From Octopus bimaculoides (lineage: Eukaryota): 37,993 bases of DNA. Each line of letters begins with the position of its first letter. The first letter of the stretch is position 1. The notes below the pieces were generated by a model. That model saw only the letters and a program-made list of their open reading frames with translations, ran no database searches and was not told the origin of the DNA. The position numbers and the translations under genes are program-made. Positions 11,020-22,799 of the stretch are shown one piece after another. Where the stretch lies: NCBI RefSeq assembly GCF_001194135.2, contig NC_068982.1, forward strand, positions 131,853,543 to 131,891,535. The letters run 5' to 3'.

Positions 11020-11557
11020 CGTCGGTGACGGCAGTAAGAGTTCCAGTCGATCTGATCAACGGAACAGCCTGCTCGTGAAATTAACGTGTAAGTGGCTGGC
11101 ACCACACAAACACGCTTACCATCAACATAGCTCTCAAGGAGAATCAGCGTGACAAAGAATGTGACAAGGCTGGGCCTTTGAATTTCAGATACAACTTATT
11201 CTTTTCTCTCTAGACACAAGGTCCGAAATTTTGAGGGAAGGGGCTAATTTATTAGATCGACCCTAGTACGCAACTGGTACTTAATTTATCGACCCCTAAA
11301 CAATGAAAGGCAAAGTCGACCTCGGCGGAATTTGAACTCAGAACGTAGTGACAGACGAAATACCGCCAAGCTTTTCGCCCGGCGTGCTAACGATTCTGCC
11401 AGTTCACCACCTTTCAGATAAACTTATTTTTGCCAGTTGAGTGAACTGGAATAAAGTGAAATAAAGTATTTTGCTCAAGGGTACAAGGAGCTGCCAGGAA
11501 TCGAATTCATGGCCTTATGACCGTGGGCTGAATACCCTAACCACTAAGCTACACGCC
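11020..11557 (-). mobile_element. tRNA-headed SINE (C-like head and core, different 3' tail) hosting a nested SINE
   Basis: Reverse head GGCGTGTAGCTTAGTGGTTAGGG...GAATTCGATTCC. The tail segment 11030-11175 is the reverse complement of 13020-13180. Confidence 0.75.
11201..11411 (-). mobile_element. Family A SINE, tail type B, nested insertion with TSD
   Basis: Matches 26440-26650 in reverse. Flanked by TTTCAGATACAACTTATT (11183-11200) and TTTCAGATAAACTTATT (11412-11428). Confidence 0.85.
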
Positions 11558-11739
11558 GTCACCTCGCACCCTGTAACAAAGAATAAACCTCAAGAGATAA
11601 GCCAGAAATACTAATTGAATTAATTAACAGGTGTAAACGGTAGCCGCTCACGACTATCAATTTAAAACTTTTCTTGGCTTAGAAAATTACTATTTTAAAA
11701 TCTGACAACGTGAGATATTCAGCAACAGTACTTTGTAGT

Positions 11740-11878
11740 AAAGACTGTTTGCTAACATAACATGGGCTAAATTACAGTAACATAACTGGGGCTAAATAAC
11801 AGCAACATAACTGGGGCTAAATTACAGCAACATTAGTCCTAAACCAGGACTGCCATGTTATGTTGGCAAACAATCTTT
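11740..11878. mobile_element. Mini-element with 26-bp terminal inverted repeats and internal tandem array
   Basis: AAAGACTGTTTGCTAACATAACATGG and CCATGTTATGTTGGCAAACAATCTTT (24/26 complementary), enclosing about three ~24-25 bp units and a GTCCT/AGGAC hairpin. Confidence 0.6.
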
Positions 11879-12049
11879 TCTTGACTTATACATGTAGTGC
11901 TGGCTCGAGTCTATAGGTTTATTCCATAGATTATCAACTTGAGAGTTTCTCACCGCTATATTGTTTAGCTTTTTTTTGCTTCACTCATTAAACTGAGGCC
12001 ATGCTGGAGTATCACCTCGAAGAATTTTTAGTCGAATGTATAGAGCCCA

Positions 12050-12162
12050 ATGCTTATTGTTTTAAAGGCCTAGTACTTATTCTGTCGGTCTCTTTTGCCA
12101 AGCTACTATGTGACGGCGACGTAAACACATCAACATCGGTTTTCAAGCGGAAGGGTGGGGGT

Positions 12163-12245
<83 letters not shown>

Positions 12246-12372
12246 GACGGGCTTCTTTCAGTTTCCGTCTTCCCAATCCACTCACAGGGCTTTAGTCGGC
12301 CTGAGGGGCCACGCAGTGGGACTGACCCCCCATCTATGTGGTTAGGAAACCAACTTCTTACCACACAGCCAT
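12050..12372 (-). mobile_element. SINE family F/G: tRNA head, internal (TG)n, body
   Basis: Reverse reads TATGGCTGTGTGGTAAGAAG...GGGTCAGTCCCACTGC...CTGAAAGAAGCCCGTCG, then (TG)n at 12166-12242, then TTTGACCCCCACC...GAGACCGACAGAATAAGTACTAG. Confidence 0.75.
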
Positions 12373-12419
12373 AAGCGGTGCTAGTGTAATAGACATCAAC
12401 CACATACACCTAAAGTATA

Positions 12420-12868
12420 CACTTTGTGTATTTGTCAGCAGACTGCCGCTTGGTACCGGGTGTAAAAATACCTGAAAGTCACAAAGAGGTGAGATAACTC
12501 ACCTCAAATCCAACCCAATGTTTCGCCATTTTTGTGGCTTATTAACATCATGTACCCGAACTGAATCGGATGTGAATCATATCGCCAGTCCACATATGCA
12601 TGTAGTATAAAAACTATGAGCTGGGATACCCGGACAATGCATACGCAATAGTTAATCCAAATATGAAATAGAAGCAGCGTTAGTGTAATGAACATTATCG
12701 ACCACATACACTGTGTATTTGCCGGCAGGCCACAAAAATGGGGAAACATCGATGTCCATCATTCCTAAATGGGATTTGAGGTGAGTTATCTCGCCTGTGC
12801 ATGACTTTCAGAAGTTTTAACATCCGGCGCTTTGAGAAAGTATTCTCCACTACACCATACACGAAGGT
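12420..12868. mobile_element. Foldback MITE-like element with long imperfect TIRs
   Basis: 12452-12532 is reverse-complementary to about 12733-12828, with a 36-nt indel (e.g. GAAAGTCACAAAGAGGTGAGATAACTCACCTCAAATCC vs GGATTTGAGGTGAGTTATCTCGCCTGTGCATGACTTTC). Confidence 0.7.
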
Positions 12869-13019
12869 TAGGTGCAGTTCATAGATCCATACTTTCGGAT
12901 ATTTGAGTTTTGTTTAGTTGAGGATCATTCTATACATTCTGAGATGGAGCCATCTCTGCCTTTCATCTTTTCCTAACCGATAAAATAAGGCACCTGTCAA
13001 GTACTTAAGTCAATGGTAG

Positions 13020-13185
13020 CTCTATCACATTCTGTGTCATGTTGAATCTATGTGAGAGCAATGTTAAGAGTACGCTTGCCTGTGGAGTGCTCAGCCACTT
13101 GCACGTTAATTTCACGAGCAGGCTGTTCCGTTGATCGGACCGACTGTAATCTTCGTCGTCGTAACCGACGAAGTGTCAGTTCTAT
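13020..13185 (+). mobile_element. 3' fragment of the SINE family at 11020-11557
   Basis: CACTTGCACGTTAATTTCACGAGCAGGCTGTTCCGTTGATCGGA is near-identical to the reverse complement of 11052-11097. Confidence 0.75.
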
Positions 13186-13199
13186 ATGTCTGTGAGTGT

Positions 13200-13900
13200 A
13201 TATGTGCGTTTAACACCACTGCTCTGAAATAGGTGTTAGTGGTGTTGAACCTTTTGGGAATTTTTAAAATTAAAGTATGTTTGTAGTGTATGGTCGAAAT
13301 CTGTGGTGTGATTTGGAATAGGGAAATAGGCAGAATACTAGTATCAAAGACTGCATCTTTCCTAAATATTTGGGGACGTACATAAGAGGGTGATGAGATT
13401 GTGTGCTATTTTCTGTTAAGATTTTGTTAACGGTTAAACATTGTGATAAATTCGTTCAAATTTTTTTATACTGGTGATTTGGCAGTATTGCCAAGAGTAA
13501 CATTGTAATTGTTGAAATGAGCAGCCTTTTATGTAAGTTAGTGATTTTGTCAGACTGTGACAAGAATTCTTCTTCTTCTTCTTCTTCTTCTTCTTCTTCT
13601 TCTTCTTCTTCTTCTTCTTCTTCTTCTTCTTCTTCTTCTTCTTCTTCTTCTTCTTCTTCTTCTTCTTCTTCTTCTTCTTCTTCTTCTTCTTCAAGCTGAT
13701 CCGCATTTTGCAGACCTAGTATCAAAGACATTACCATTCTATTTTTGAGGAATATGTTATCTAAAGTGTCCTTCTTCAAAAGCCAAACAGTGTGTAATTT
13801 GAGGAAAATTGCTTTTAGTCATAATAACAGTAGCAGGTGCACACTTTCTTGTTTGTATTCCCGCCTTCTTTCTGTGATTTTTGGTGGTTGATTTTCGAAA
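13200..13900 (-). pseudogene. Possible decayed APE endonuclease of an L1-like LINE, interrupted by (TTC)n
   Basis: Weak motifs in the expected order and spacing: GLQ (LQET-like, about 13710), MYVP (NIYAP-like, about 13375), RFNT (GDFN-like, about 13245). A-rich minus strand. Confidence 0.3.
13567..13692. repeat. (TTC)n microsatellite, about 42 units
   Basis: Direct reading; source of the poly-K/E/S/L ORF artefacts. Confidence 0.98.
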
Positions 13901-15209
13901 GATGCTCGATAAAGACATTAACTTTATATTAGAATGTGGGTTGTAATCTGAAGTTGTTATGGCGAAGTATGGTATGATGTGACTGATTAGAGTTGTTGCT
14001 GTTGCTAATTGTTTTATATAATGTTTTAGTGCTTGGTTTATATCGAATAAAAATATTTAAAAGTCTCTTTCTTTTTAGTTTTTTCTAAGTTTCATTTTTA
14101 TTACCTTTTTAATTAGTGTCAAGATTTTATTAATTTTATTTCTGTTGTTTTTTGTGTGTGTTCTAGTGTCTATCAAGTTAGCTATTTAATTGGCGTAATC
14201 GAATCATTTATTCATTTATTTTTAAAATTAAATTTTATTTTTATTCCCATTCTTATACATGAATATATACACACATATATATACCTTTTATAACATCTCA
14301 CTTTCGCATATATCCAAGGCTTAAGATAATATATTATGAAATATCTACATTTGAAACAGAATTAAAGAAATACTTATAAACACATAGCCTGCAAACTCTA
14401 CCTCCACAATACAAAGGTTAAATTTTCTTCGTATTACACAAATTGATAATAGGCAATGAACACCCAGAGAGAAACATACAGACCAACAACCATTACACTC
14501 TACCCACATTCTCTAGTTAACATCAAAGCACATAATAAACAAATTTCTATACTAACAATACCATGACATGCCCGACTAATAACCCTCACCTTCCAAATAA
14601 AAACTAGAAATATCTTAAATAATAACAGCAATAAACAAAGAAACTGACCAGTTAAAACATGCTACGTATTTACATTCTTTTGTGAACTGCTAAAAATTCT
14701 AGAAGTTGACACACCCAGTTACTAAGTTTTCAAACACTGGACTAAACTTTGAAACTTTGACTTTTACGTTGTCAAAGCAAAGAATTAAATCCAATAAAAC
14801 CAAGAGTAACCAAAACATCTGGCACATCCTGTGCCTACTTGCCAAAAGGAAACTACCTAAATATTCAAACCTGCTTACAATGTTCGATGTACATGAATAA
14901 ATTCTAAACAATAACATAACTCCAAATTTAATCAATAAAAGTCTCCATACAATCTACTCTCCAAACCTAATCACCACTCCACTCCACTCCACACCAGCCT
15001 GCATACCCAAGGAAGATTTTAACTGGACATGGACTATATAAAGCCAAGATTAATCTCAGTGCATCGTAGTCCAACGACGGCTGAACTAGCCGAAAGTTCG
15101 AAGTTATTGTCAAAAATATCGGATGTGCACTATTTCAGAGTAAAATGGTCAGTAATACCTTGAGTTTCTAGCCTTATGTTGGTTAAATGCTGTTTGTCAC
15201 ACTAAAAAA

Positions 15210-15575
15210 AAGTGGGGTAAAGACCCCCTTCGGTTATGAATGACCATGGGGTTGCACCCCAAAAGTTCCCCTCCGAGGCACACGTCCAGGCAAGGTTGTT
15301 TATGGAAAACCAGTAGTCGCCCATGCATACCAACCTCACGCCACTGGTATTATCCAAGGGAAAAGCAAAGGCCAACACAGCTTGGCACTAGTGACGCCGC
15401 AGCTCATTTCTACAGCTGAGTGAACTGGAACATCATGAAATAAAGTGTCTTACTCAAGAACACAATATAGACTCCAGACAGGGAATCGAACTCACTACCT
15501 CATGATTATGAGCCCAACACTCTAACCACTGAGCTATGCGCTTCATTCTCTAACCACTGAGCCATGCGCTTTCAC
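15210..15575 (-). mobile_element. Family C SINE, near full length, with duplicated head segment
   Basis: Reverse complement of 26684-27018. CTCTAACCACTGAGC(T/C)ATGCGCTT occurs twice at about 15520-15575. Confidence 0.85.
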
Positions 15576-16319
15576 TTGTATTATTCTGCTTTTAATATGC
15601 GACACCGAAATTCCAGACACTGATGTTCCAGAACCTTTTATAATCCGCACTAATTTACGAAGAGGAACTATAATCTTTCGCGATCGCTAGACTAGTCTAC
15701 TGATACCTTGCACTGACTAGTTCAATATTAATAAATTCGTATCACTTATACTACTGTACAGACATATGTATTTCATTTAACTATTTAGATAACTTTGACA
15801 TTTGTTTAATTTAGAGTGTGTTGACGAAGGTCGACACAACACGCCTGATTCGGAAAAATGAATAATCTGGCAAGGCTTCGGAAACAAAGGTTCCCGAAAA
15901 TCGGTACTGTACGTGTATTTTTAAAAGATTTTCTTATGAGATTTGAATTAAATTTTAATTGTTCTATCATCGAACTGAAAGTGTTACGGAATAATGATGG
16001 CTGAGCACTCTTCTATAAATATCAACTGAATCCATCAACTATTTTCCTTTCAAACGGACACCAACTAATCCTCATTCATTTCCACTGTCACCGCTACCAC
16101 TGTCACCCTCACAATAACTGCTGCCACCTCCGCTGCCGCCTCCGTTGCTTCCAGTGCCACAACACTATTACCAGTGGAAATTTTTATTTTTAGACACGGG
16201 TTTCTAGGGCTGCCTCTGTTAATGTTGGCACGATGAAGAAGCATGGAAGGAATGTAAGGGGGGATTCTCTTGAAGTTTCTTCACTGGCTAAGAGCAGAAG
16301 TAAAAATTCTTTAGGGAAG

Positions 16320-16720
16320 GAAGGGACAGTCTACTGTTTGGCTCCTTTGGGGATCGATAAAATGAAGTACCAGTTCGCTACTGGGTCGACTTGATCAACT
16401 AACCTTCCCCACCATCATATTTCTAGCCAGGTGTCTATGTTGGAAACGATTATTAATCTAGAGAGAAGGTGGGGGGGGGGGAGTGAGAGAGATTAATAAG
16501 GTAAGTCTCGGCAGAGAGAATACTTTTACAGTATTGAACTACGTCTCTTTGTATTCGCAGTTTTGTAATCTACCAAAGTTGACTTTGGCTTTCATCGTTC
16601 CCAGGTCAATAAAATAAATATCAGGCATCTACTGAATCAATATGATCGACAATAAACAATTCCCCACAATTCTGAGGCCTTGTTCCATTGCTAGACCTCA
16701 TTATGAATCTAATTATCATA
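16320..16720 (+). mobile_element. Two very old family A-like SINE remnants
   Basis: CCTTTGGGGATCGATAAAATGAAGTACCAG (16344) and GTTGACTTTGGCTTTCATCGTTCCCAGGTCAATAAAATAAA (16578) resemble the family A core. Confidence 0.45.
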
Positions 16721-17099
16721 TTTTAATGGCTGCAATGGGAGGAGCAAATTTATTAGTATTTTCTTATGTATCGATAATGGTTTGTATGTAAAGAATGGCA
16801 GAATGTCAAAAGTCAACAAAGACGATAGGCTCCACAGAATAAAACAGTTAGAAGTATTGTACTAATTGAAGAATAAGTCTCAAGACGGGGATGGATTCTT
16901 ATACTTCAGGAAATGTTAGTTATAAATAAATGGCAAAAATTGTCAGGTTCCATAGAGATACAGGAAGATGAGTGATATTCTCTCTACTCAAGAAATATAT
17001 CTTGTGTCTCATCTCAAGCCGTGTGCTGGCTTTAGCTTTTGTTATGATAAGTCTATTTCGTTCTCTTACAAAACTTACCTGACACTGCAGGGTTTTTGT

Positions 17100-17302
17100 A
17101 AATGTATGCATGCATGAATGTGAGGGCGTGCGCACGCGCGCGTGTGTGTGCCTGTGCGTACATGTGTGTGTATGTATGTTGGAACGAGTAGACATCTATA
17201 TTTGGGTAAGTACATTGGTTAACCTGTATAATATTACGCATACATTGTTTTGGACATACACACGCGCGCACACACACGTACGTACATACATACATGCATA
17301 CA

Positions 17303-17377
<75 letters not shown>

Positions 17378-17479
17378 CGTATATACAAATATAGATATGT
17401 ACATACATACATATATACAAACATATATATGTGTGTATGTATGTATGTATGTATGTATTCATATATATACATACATATG

Positions 17480-17551
<72 letters not shown>

Positions 17552-17553
17552 CA
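17100..17553. repeat. Compound microsatellite field (TG/CG, TACA, TA, CA)
   Basis: Direct reading. Confidence 0.95.
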
Positions 17554-17900
17554 CTATTAACGATAAGAATGAATTTTTTCGTAGAATAAAACAAGAATAT
17601 TTCTTCTTACAAGCGTTTAGCAAAGAGCTCAGTGAAATAGAAAGAATTCAAATAAGAGAGCTATGATATCCATAAGTATTATATAAAAGTAGCTTCAACA
17701 GACTGATGGGAAAATATATCAATGTACATACATTAAGATAAACATATGTATCCTATAAAGCCATCAAATGAACAAGGAGACATGTTTCTTGTAGAATGTT
17801 TATCTCAACTAATATAGCGACCCCTTCATCAGCAAGGGTTAAGGTGAACAAAAGTTGAGTAATACTGGCTTTATATACCTATATATATATAAGTGTCAGT

Positions 17901-18379
17901 CAGTGCTGAATTAGCCATTAAGTAAAATAAGCACGTGCTTAGAGCATCAAGAGAGTAAAATAAGCACGTGCTTAGAGCATCTAAGCACAGAAATGATAAA
18001 TGGTTTACGTAAACTACAGAAATGATAAATGGTTTACGGCACAAAAGAAATCACTTTAAACTTGCTAAAATAATATTCGGGATGCCATTATCTCTATTAA
18101 GTATAGATGCAGATGTGTTACCTAAGATTAATTTTGAGGATCTGATCAAAGACTTCGCAATTCAAAAATGTAGGAGGAAACTTTTCAAATATAAAGTGGA
18201 AATATACAAAAATAAGCATTATTTCCCCTCTTACTGTTTTGTTTCGTTTTGAAAAATAAAAATTTATTTTATCGTTTGTTATATATTTTTTGGTTTATAT
18301 TTTGAATTACATAATCTTTTATGGGGGCACCGAAATCTTTTAAGTGCTTAGGGCCTCGATGGGTCTTAATCCGGCCCTG
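17901..18379 (+). mobile_element. Non-autonomous hAT element retaining transposase C-terminal coding remnant
   Basis: Termini CAGTGCTGAATTA and (reverse) CAGGGCCGGATTA; 8-bp flanks GTGTCAGT and GTGTCGCT (6/8). ORF 18022 contains LSLLSIDADVLPKINFEDLIKDFAIQKCRRKLF, typical of the hAT dimerization-domain end. Confidence 0.75.
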
Positions 18380-18499
18380 GTGTCGCTGTTTATTTGTCCT
18401 GCAATAACTACACAGTTTTTCAATGAATGCTTTTTAAAATTTCTATTCCTACTTATGAACAGCCTTGATACTGATTTGGTAAATCAGTTGCAATATATT

Positions 18500-18713
18500 C
18501 TTTTCTAATCTAAGCACAAGTCCTGAAATTTTGAGGGAGGGGGCCAATCGATTAGATCGATCCCAGTACTTAGCCGGTACTTAATTTACCAACCCCGAAA
18601 GGATGAAAGGCAAAGTCGACCTCGGTGGAATTTGAACTCAGAACGTAAAGACAGACGAAATACTGCTAAGCATTTCGCCCAGTGTGCTAGCGTTTCTGCC
18701 AGCTCACCGTGTT
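18500..18713 (-). mobile_element. Family A SINE, tail type B, with 16-bp TSD
   Basis: TCAGTTGCAATATATT at 18484-18499 and 18714-18729. Confidence 0.88.
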
Positions 18714-18729
18714 TCAGTTGCAATATATT

Positions 18730-18943
18730 TATTTTTATATTGCCCACCGGGGGGTAAACGTAGAGGGGACAAACAAGAACAGACAAAGGGATTAAGTCGA
18801 TTACATCGACCCCAGTGCGTAACCGATACTTATTTAATCGACCCTGGAAGGATGAAAGGCAAAGTCGACCTCGGCGGAATTTGAACTCAGAACGTAAAGA
18901 CAGACGAAATACTGTTAAGCATTTCTGCCAGCTCGCTGCCTTC
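18730..18943 (-). mobile_element. Family A SINE, tail type A, small deletion in the head
   Basis: Reverse complement of 22108-22335 and 32518-32748. Confidence 0.85.
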
Positions 18944-20509
18944 ATTTGTAATATATTGAATATATAAGTATGACAGTCATTGACTTCAGATTTAAGCATA
19001 AAAGTGTTAAGTACTATCTAGAGAGCCTGAAACAACAACTATATGTATGTTCTATAACCAACATAACCATTGCTACTATTTATGGAATATGTAGTTGAGA
19101 ATTGGGTTAGATGTTTTATGCACTTTAGTTCTGTACTTAACAATTCAAATAGTAGCAATATATTGAATGTAAATGTGAGACAGTTACTGATTCGCTTACT
19201 ACTACATTTAATACATATTATTACTATCTTTGTCACGATAAAGATTGCAAATATTTGATGGAATTTAGATAAATTTTCCATTAGTAAGTTTTAGGAATTA
19301 AAAAATGATTCTGAAATCTAGAAAAGACTGTTCCTCTAGGTTTATATCATGATTAGTACAGGCTTTGCTTTAGGTCCAAAAACCATAAGTTAATTGCTCA
19401 GCAAGAGGATATCTTTTGTCCGAGACAGCATGTGGTGAAAACAGAGAGGCTGAGTTGGCAAGATATCACACTGAGATCTCCTGGGTTGCACATTAACGTC
19501 TGATGTAAGTGAAACTCTAGGTTCTTAGTAAAAATAATTGAATTCTACTGCTTTTGCGGGAATCAGATGACAAATGAAGGACAGCTTAATAGAAGTGTGT
19601 TCAACTGACTGGATGATTAAACTCTCCTTGTACGACCTTTAATGATTTGTAGATTGGAATTTGAATCTTACTGTTTTGTTTTTATTAATTTGACTACAAT
19701 TTCATTAATGTCTTATTTATTTAACATTAAATTAAGATTGCTTAAAAATTATATTTATATATATTCAAAGTTAATACAGACGTTAGATAGAAAGAACTAA
19801 GTAGATATAAGACATAAGGGATTTGCGTCCCAGCTTGTGTTCACTTTTTTCTCTCTTTTTGCTGTTCATAGACTAACATCGTATTTATACTTCAAAATAT
19901 GCACACGAATTTCACAATATTTCGGTAGTATAATATACTTTTCGAAAGTAATAAAACTCCTGTTTTTTTGTTGCATTTCTATACAAAGATTATAAACATT
20001 TCTATAAAAAACTTTAGTTTTATAGAGCAAATATTCTTGTTGAAATTTATGAATCTCTGTATCAGATTTATTACCTCCTACCATCTTTGCATATCATAAC
20101 AGCTGTCTCAAGTGAATAAGGTAAACCTATAAATGAGTTTATTTCAAGTTGAGTGAAACACTTATAATCTTAATTATCTTAATAAAAAAATTTAATTGAT
20201 TAGAAAAATTATACTGACTTCTTCATTTATTCTCTTTTTGTTTTTTCTCTTACGTTTTGCCATGTTGTTTATCATTCCCCATCACCACCACCACTACCAC
20301 TACCATTGTCATATAAATTTAAGTCTAGCAGCTTCTGCATCTTAACGAAACTGATTTTTAGCTCATTGGATATTTGCTGATCATTATAACAATATATTAC
20401 AATAAAATAAAAGATGTAACTTTTACAGCATTTGCTGTAAACACTTATGAGGGTTTCAAGTTGCCACTTGACTAAAGAAAACTTTTCAGTTAGTGACTCA
20501 ATCAATAGC

Positions 20510-20525
20510 TCATACACACGCACAT

Positions 20526-20595
<70 letters not shown>

Positions 20596-20950
20596 NNNNN
20601 NNNNNNNNNNNNNNNNNNNNNNNNNNNNNNNNNNNNNNNNNNNNNNNNNNNNNNNNNNNNNNNNNNNNNNNNNNNNNNNNNNNNNNNNNNNNNNNNNNNN
20701 NNNNNNNNNNNNNNNNNNNNNNNNNNNNNNNNNNNNNNNNNNNNNNNNNNNNNNNNNNNNNNNNNNNNNNNNNNNNNNNNNNNNNNNNNNNNNNNNNNNN
20801 NNNNNNNNNNNNNNNNNNNNNNNNNNNNNNNNNNNNNNNNNNNNNNNNNNNNNNNNNNNNNNNNNNNNNNNNNNNNNNNNNNNNNNNNNNNNNNNNNNNN
20901 NNNNNNNNNNNNNNNNNNNNNNNNNTATATATATGTATATATATATATGG

Positions 20951-20985
<35 letters not shown>
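20510..20985. other. Assembly gap (N, about 20596-20925) between (CA)n and (TA)n tracts
   Basis: Direct reading. Confidence 0.95.
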
Positions 20986-20986
<1 letters not shown>

Positions 20987-21483
20987 CAGCACAAAATGAA
21001 AACACTCTAACCTGTTCTGTAGTCAGAACACCCCCTTGCCAAAGAAACTATTGCAGATATATTTCTTCTGAGCTATAAAAGCTACCCTTACGTGGATATT
21101 TTACATGGAATTAACATTGTAGAGTCTAGCAGTCAGGTAAGTTTGCTTTTTTGACTTCTTCTTGCACAGACTCTTTCTGTTTAGAAATTCGATTGAAATG
21201 TAAAAGAGGGCGTTTAATGTTGAATCAAAGCTGTTTCATTTATTATTCCGAATTTATGAAGATCAATGGAATGGCAAGACTGCTAAGTCTGTAGGACTAC
21301 ATGCCTTATATTAATTAATTTCATTTTTCTAAGTTTAGATCCTACTAGAGCCACCCATGCAATTTATCTACCATGTATCAATTGATTACGAGGCACATAC
21401 TAAGATCCATTCAAGTGACTAAAGCAGTCCATTACGAAATCACTTTACTTCTTTTTGCAACAATAATCTAAGCGAAAATGACA

Positions 21484-21969
21484 TGAGGATCATAACTTCC
21501 AATGTGCGTATTATTTTTTAAAACAATTTACACCTTATTTCTATATGTCTTTGTGAGTGTAACCCTAACCCTAACCCTAACTCTAAAACCTGAACCCTAG
21601 CCCTAAAACCCTAAAGCTAAAACCAGTACAAACGCACGAACGATGTCATAAATAACAGTACCGATAGTTGTTGTTGACAAACAACGGCAACGGCACTAAT
21701 TTTATTCAAGGGAAAAGATCCCATTACACCGCCACAACGTGTTGTTTACAAACCACAGCAGTAATTGTTTTCACCTCAATAGACGTCAGTGATTGGTTGA
21801 AATTACCGAAATACGACAACTTTAACGCGAAATAACTTTAAAAATATTAACTTTTCTCAGCAACAGTAAGAGTAAAAGATGTTTCATATGACACATTCTA
21901 CCAGTGTCCCAAGTTTGAAAGTGTTTCGTTAGAAAACAAATGGTGTCCGCCAAATCAGAAAGATCCTCA
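21484..21969. mobile_element. TIR-bounded DNA element containing telomere-like (TAACCC)n
   Basis: Ends TGAGGATC and GATCCTCA. (TAACCC)3 at 21560-21577 plus degenerate units to about 21630. The right end resembles the TIR of 25487-26207. Confidence 0.55.
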
Positions 21970-22107
21970 CGAAATCTGTGAAGAAATGTATGAAACGCTA
22001 GAAGAGAAATTTTACTATTTAATTTCCATTCAATTAATAGTTATCATGTTGGTGCAAAAAATAATTGAAGTTAATAATTAACATCTTTAAAGCAATAATG
22101 TCTCTAA

Positions 22108-22338
22108 GGCGGCGACCTGGCTGAATCGTCAGCATGCTAGACAAAATTCTTAACGGTATTTCGTCTGCCGCTACGTTCTGAGTTCAAATTCCTTCGAGGT
22201 TGACTTTGCCTTTCATCCTTTCGGGGTCGATTAAATATGTACCAGATACGCACTGTGGTCGATGTAATCGATTTAGTCTCTTTGTCTGTCCTTGTTTGTC
22301 CCCTCTATGTTTAGCCCCTTGTGAGCAATAAAGAATTA
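22108..22338 (+). mobile_element. Family A SINE, tail type A
   Basis: GGCGGCGACCTGGCTGAATCG...GAGTTCAAATTCC...TTGCCTTTCATCCTTTCGGGGTCGAT...TTTGTCTGTCCTTGTTTGTCCCCTC...GCAATAAAGAA. Confidence 0.85.
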
Positions 22339-22799
22339 AATATCTCGGCGTGTAATAATTTTAGATTTAAAAGAATTTCAACATGAAGCAAGACTATTTA
22401 TTTTGATAGCAAATAATTCTAGTCCTAGGACAGACGTATTCTTTGAAGGTTTTGCGTTTTGTTGGAAACCTTTTGCAGAAAGTAACTTTTGAACACGCAC
22501 GCGCATATATACACGCACATACATACATACATACACACAGCCATATGTATATGAATTGGTGAATGCTTGCTTTTAGAAGCAGGAAAAAATACATAAAAAG
22601 TAAAGAACAGTGTGTATGTTTCATTAAAAGCACTGGCTTTTTGAATCTTAACTCAAAGTTTATCTTACAGATGGATCAGACGATTAAAGAAGAGTAGCAA
22701 TGCCATAATATATGTTTATTTGCTTATATATTGTCATGTTGCTATCCTTCTTTAACCGTTTAAAAAGAATCGGAAACGTGAAACTAGTTACAATTTAAG

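Noticed and set aside
11754-11834. CRISPR-like array
   Set aside because: Tandem units without unique spacers, in eukaryotic context with no cas genes.
21560-21630. True telomere or chromosome-fusion scar
   Set aside because: Only three perfect units, embedded inside a TIR-bounded element.
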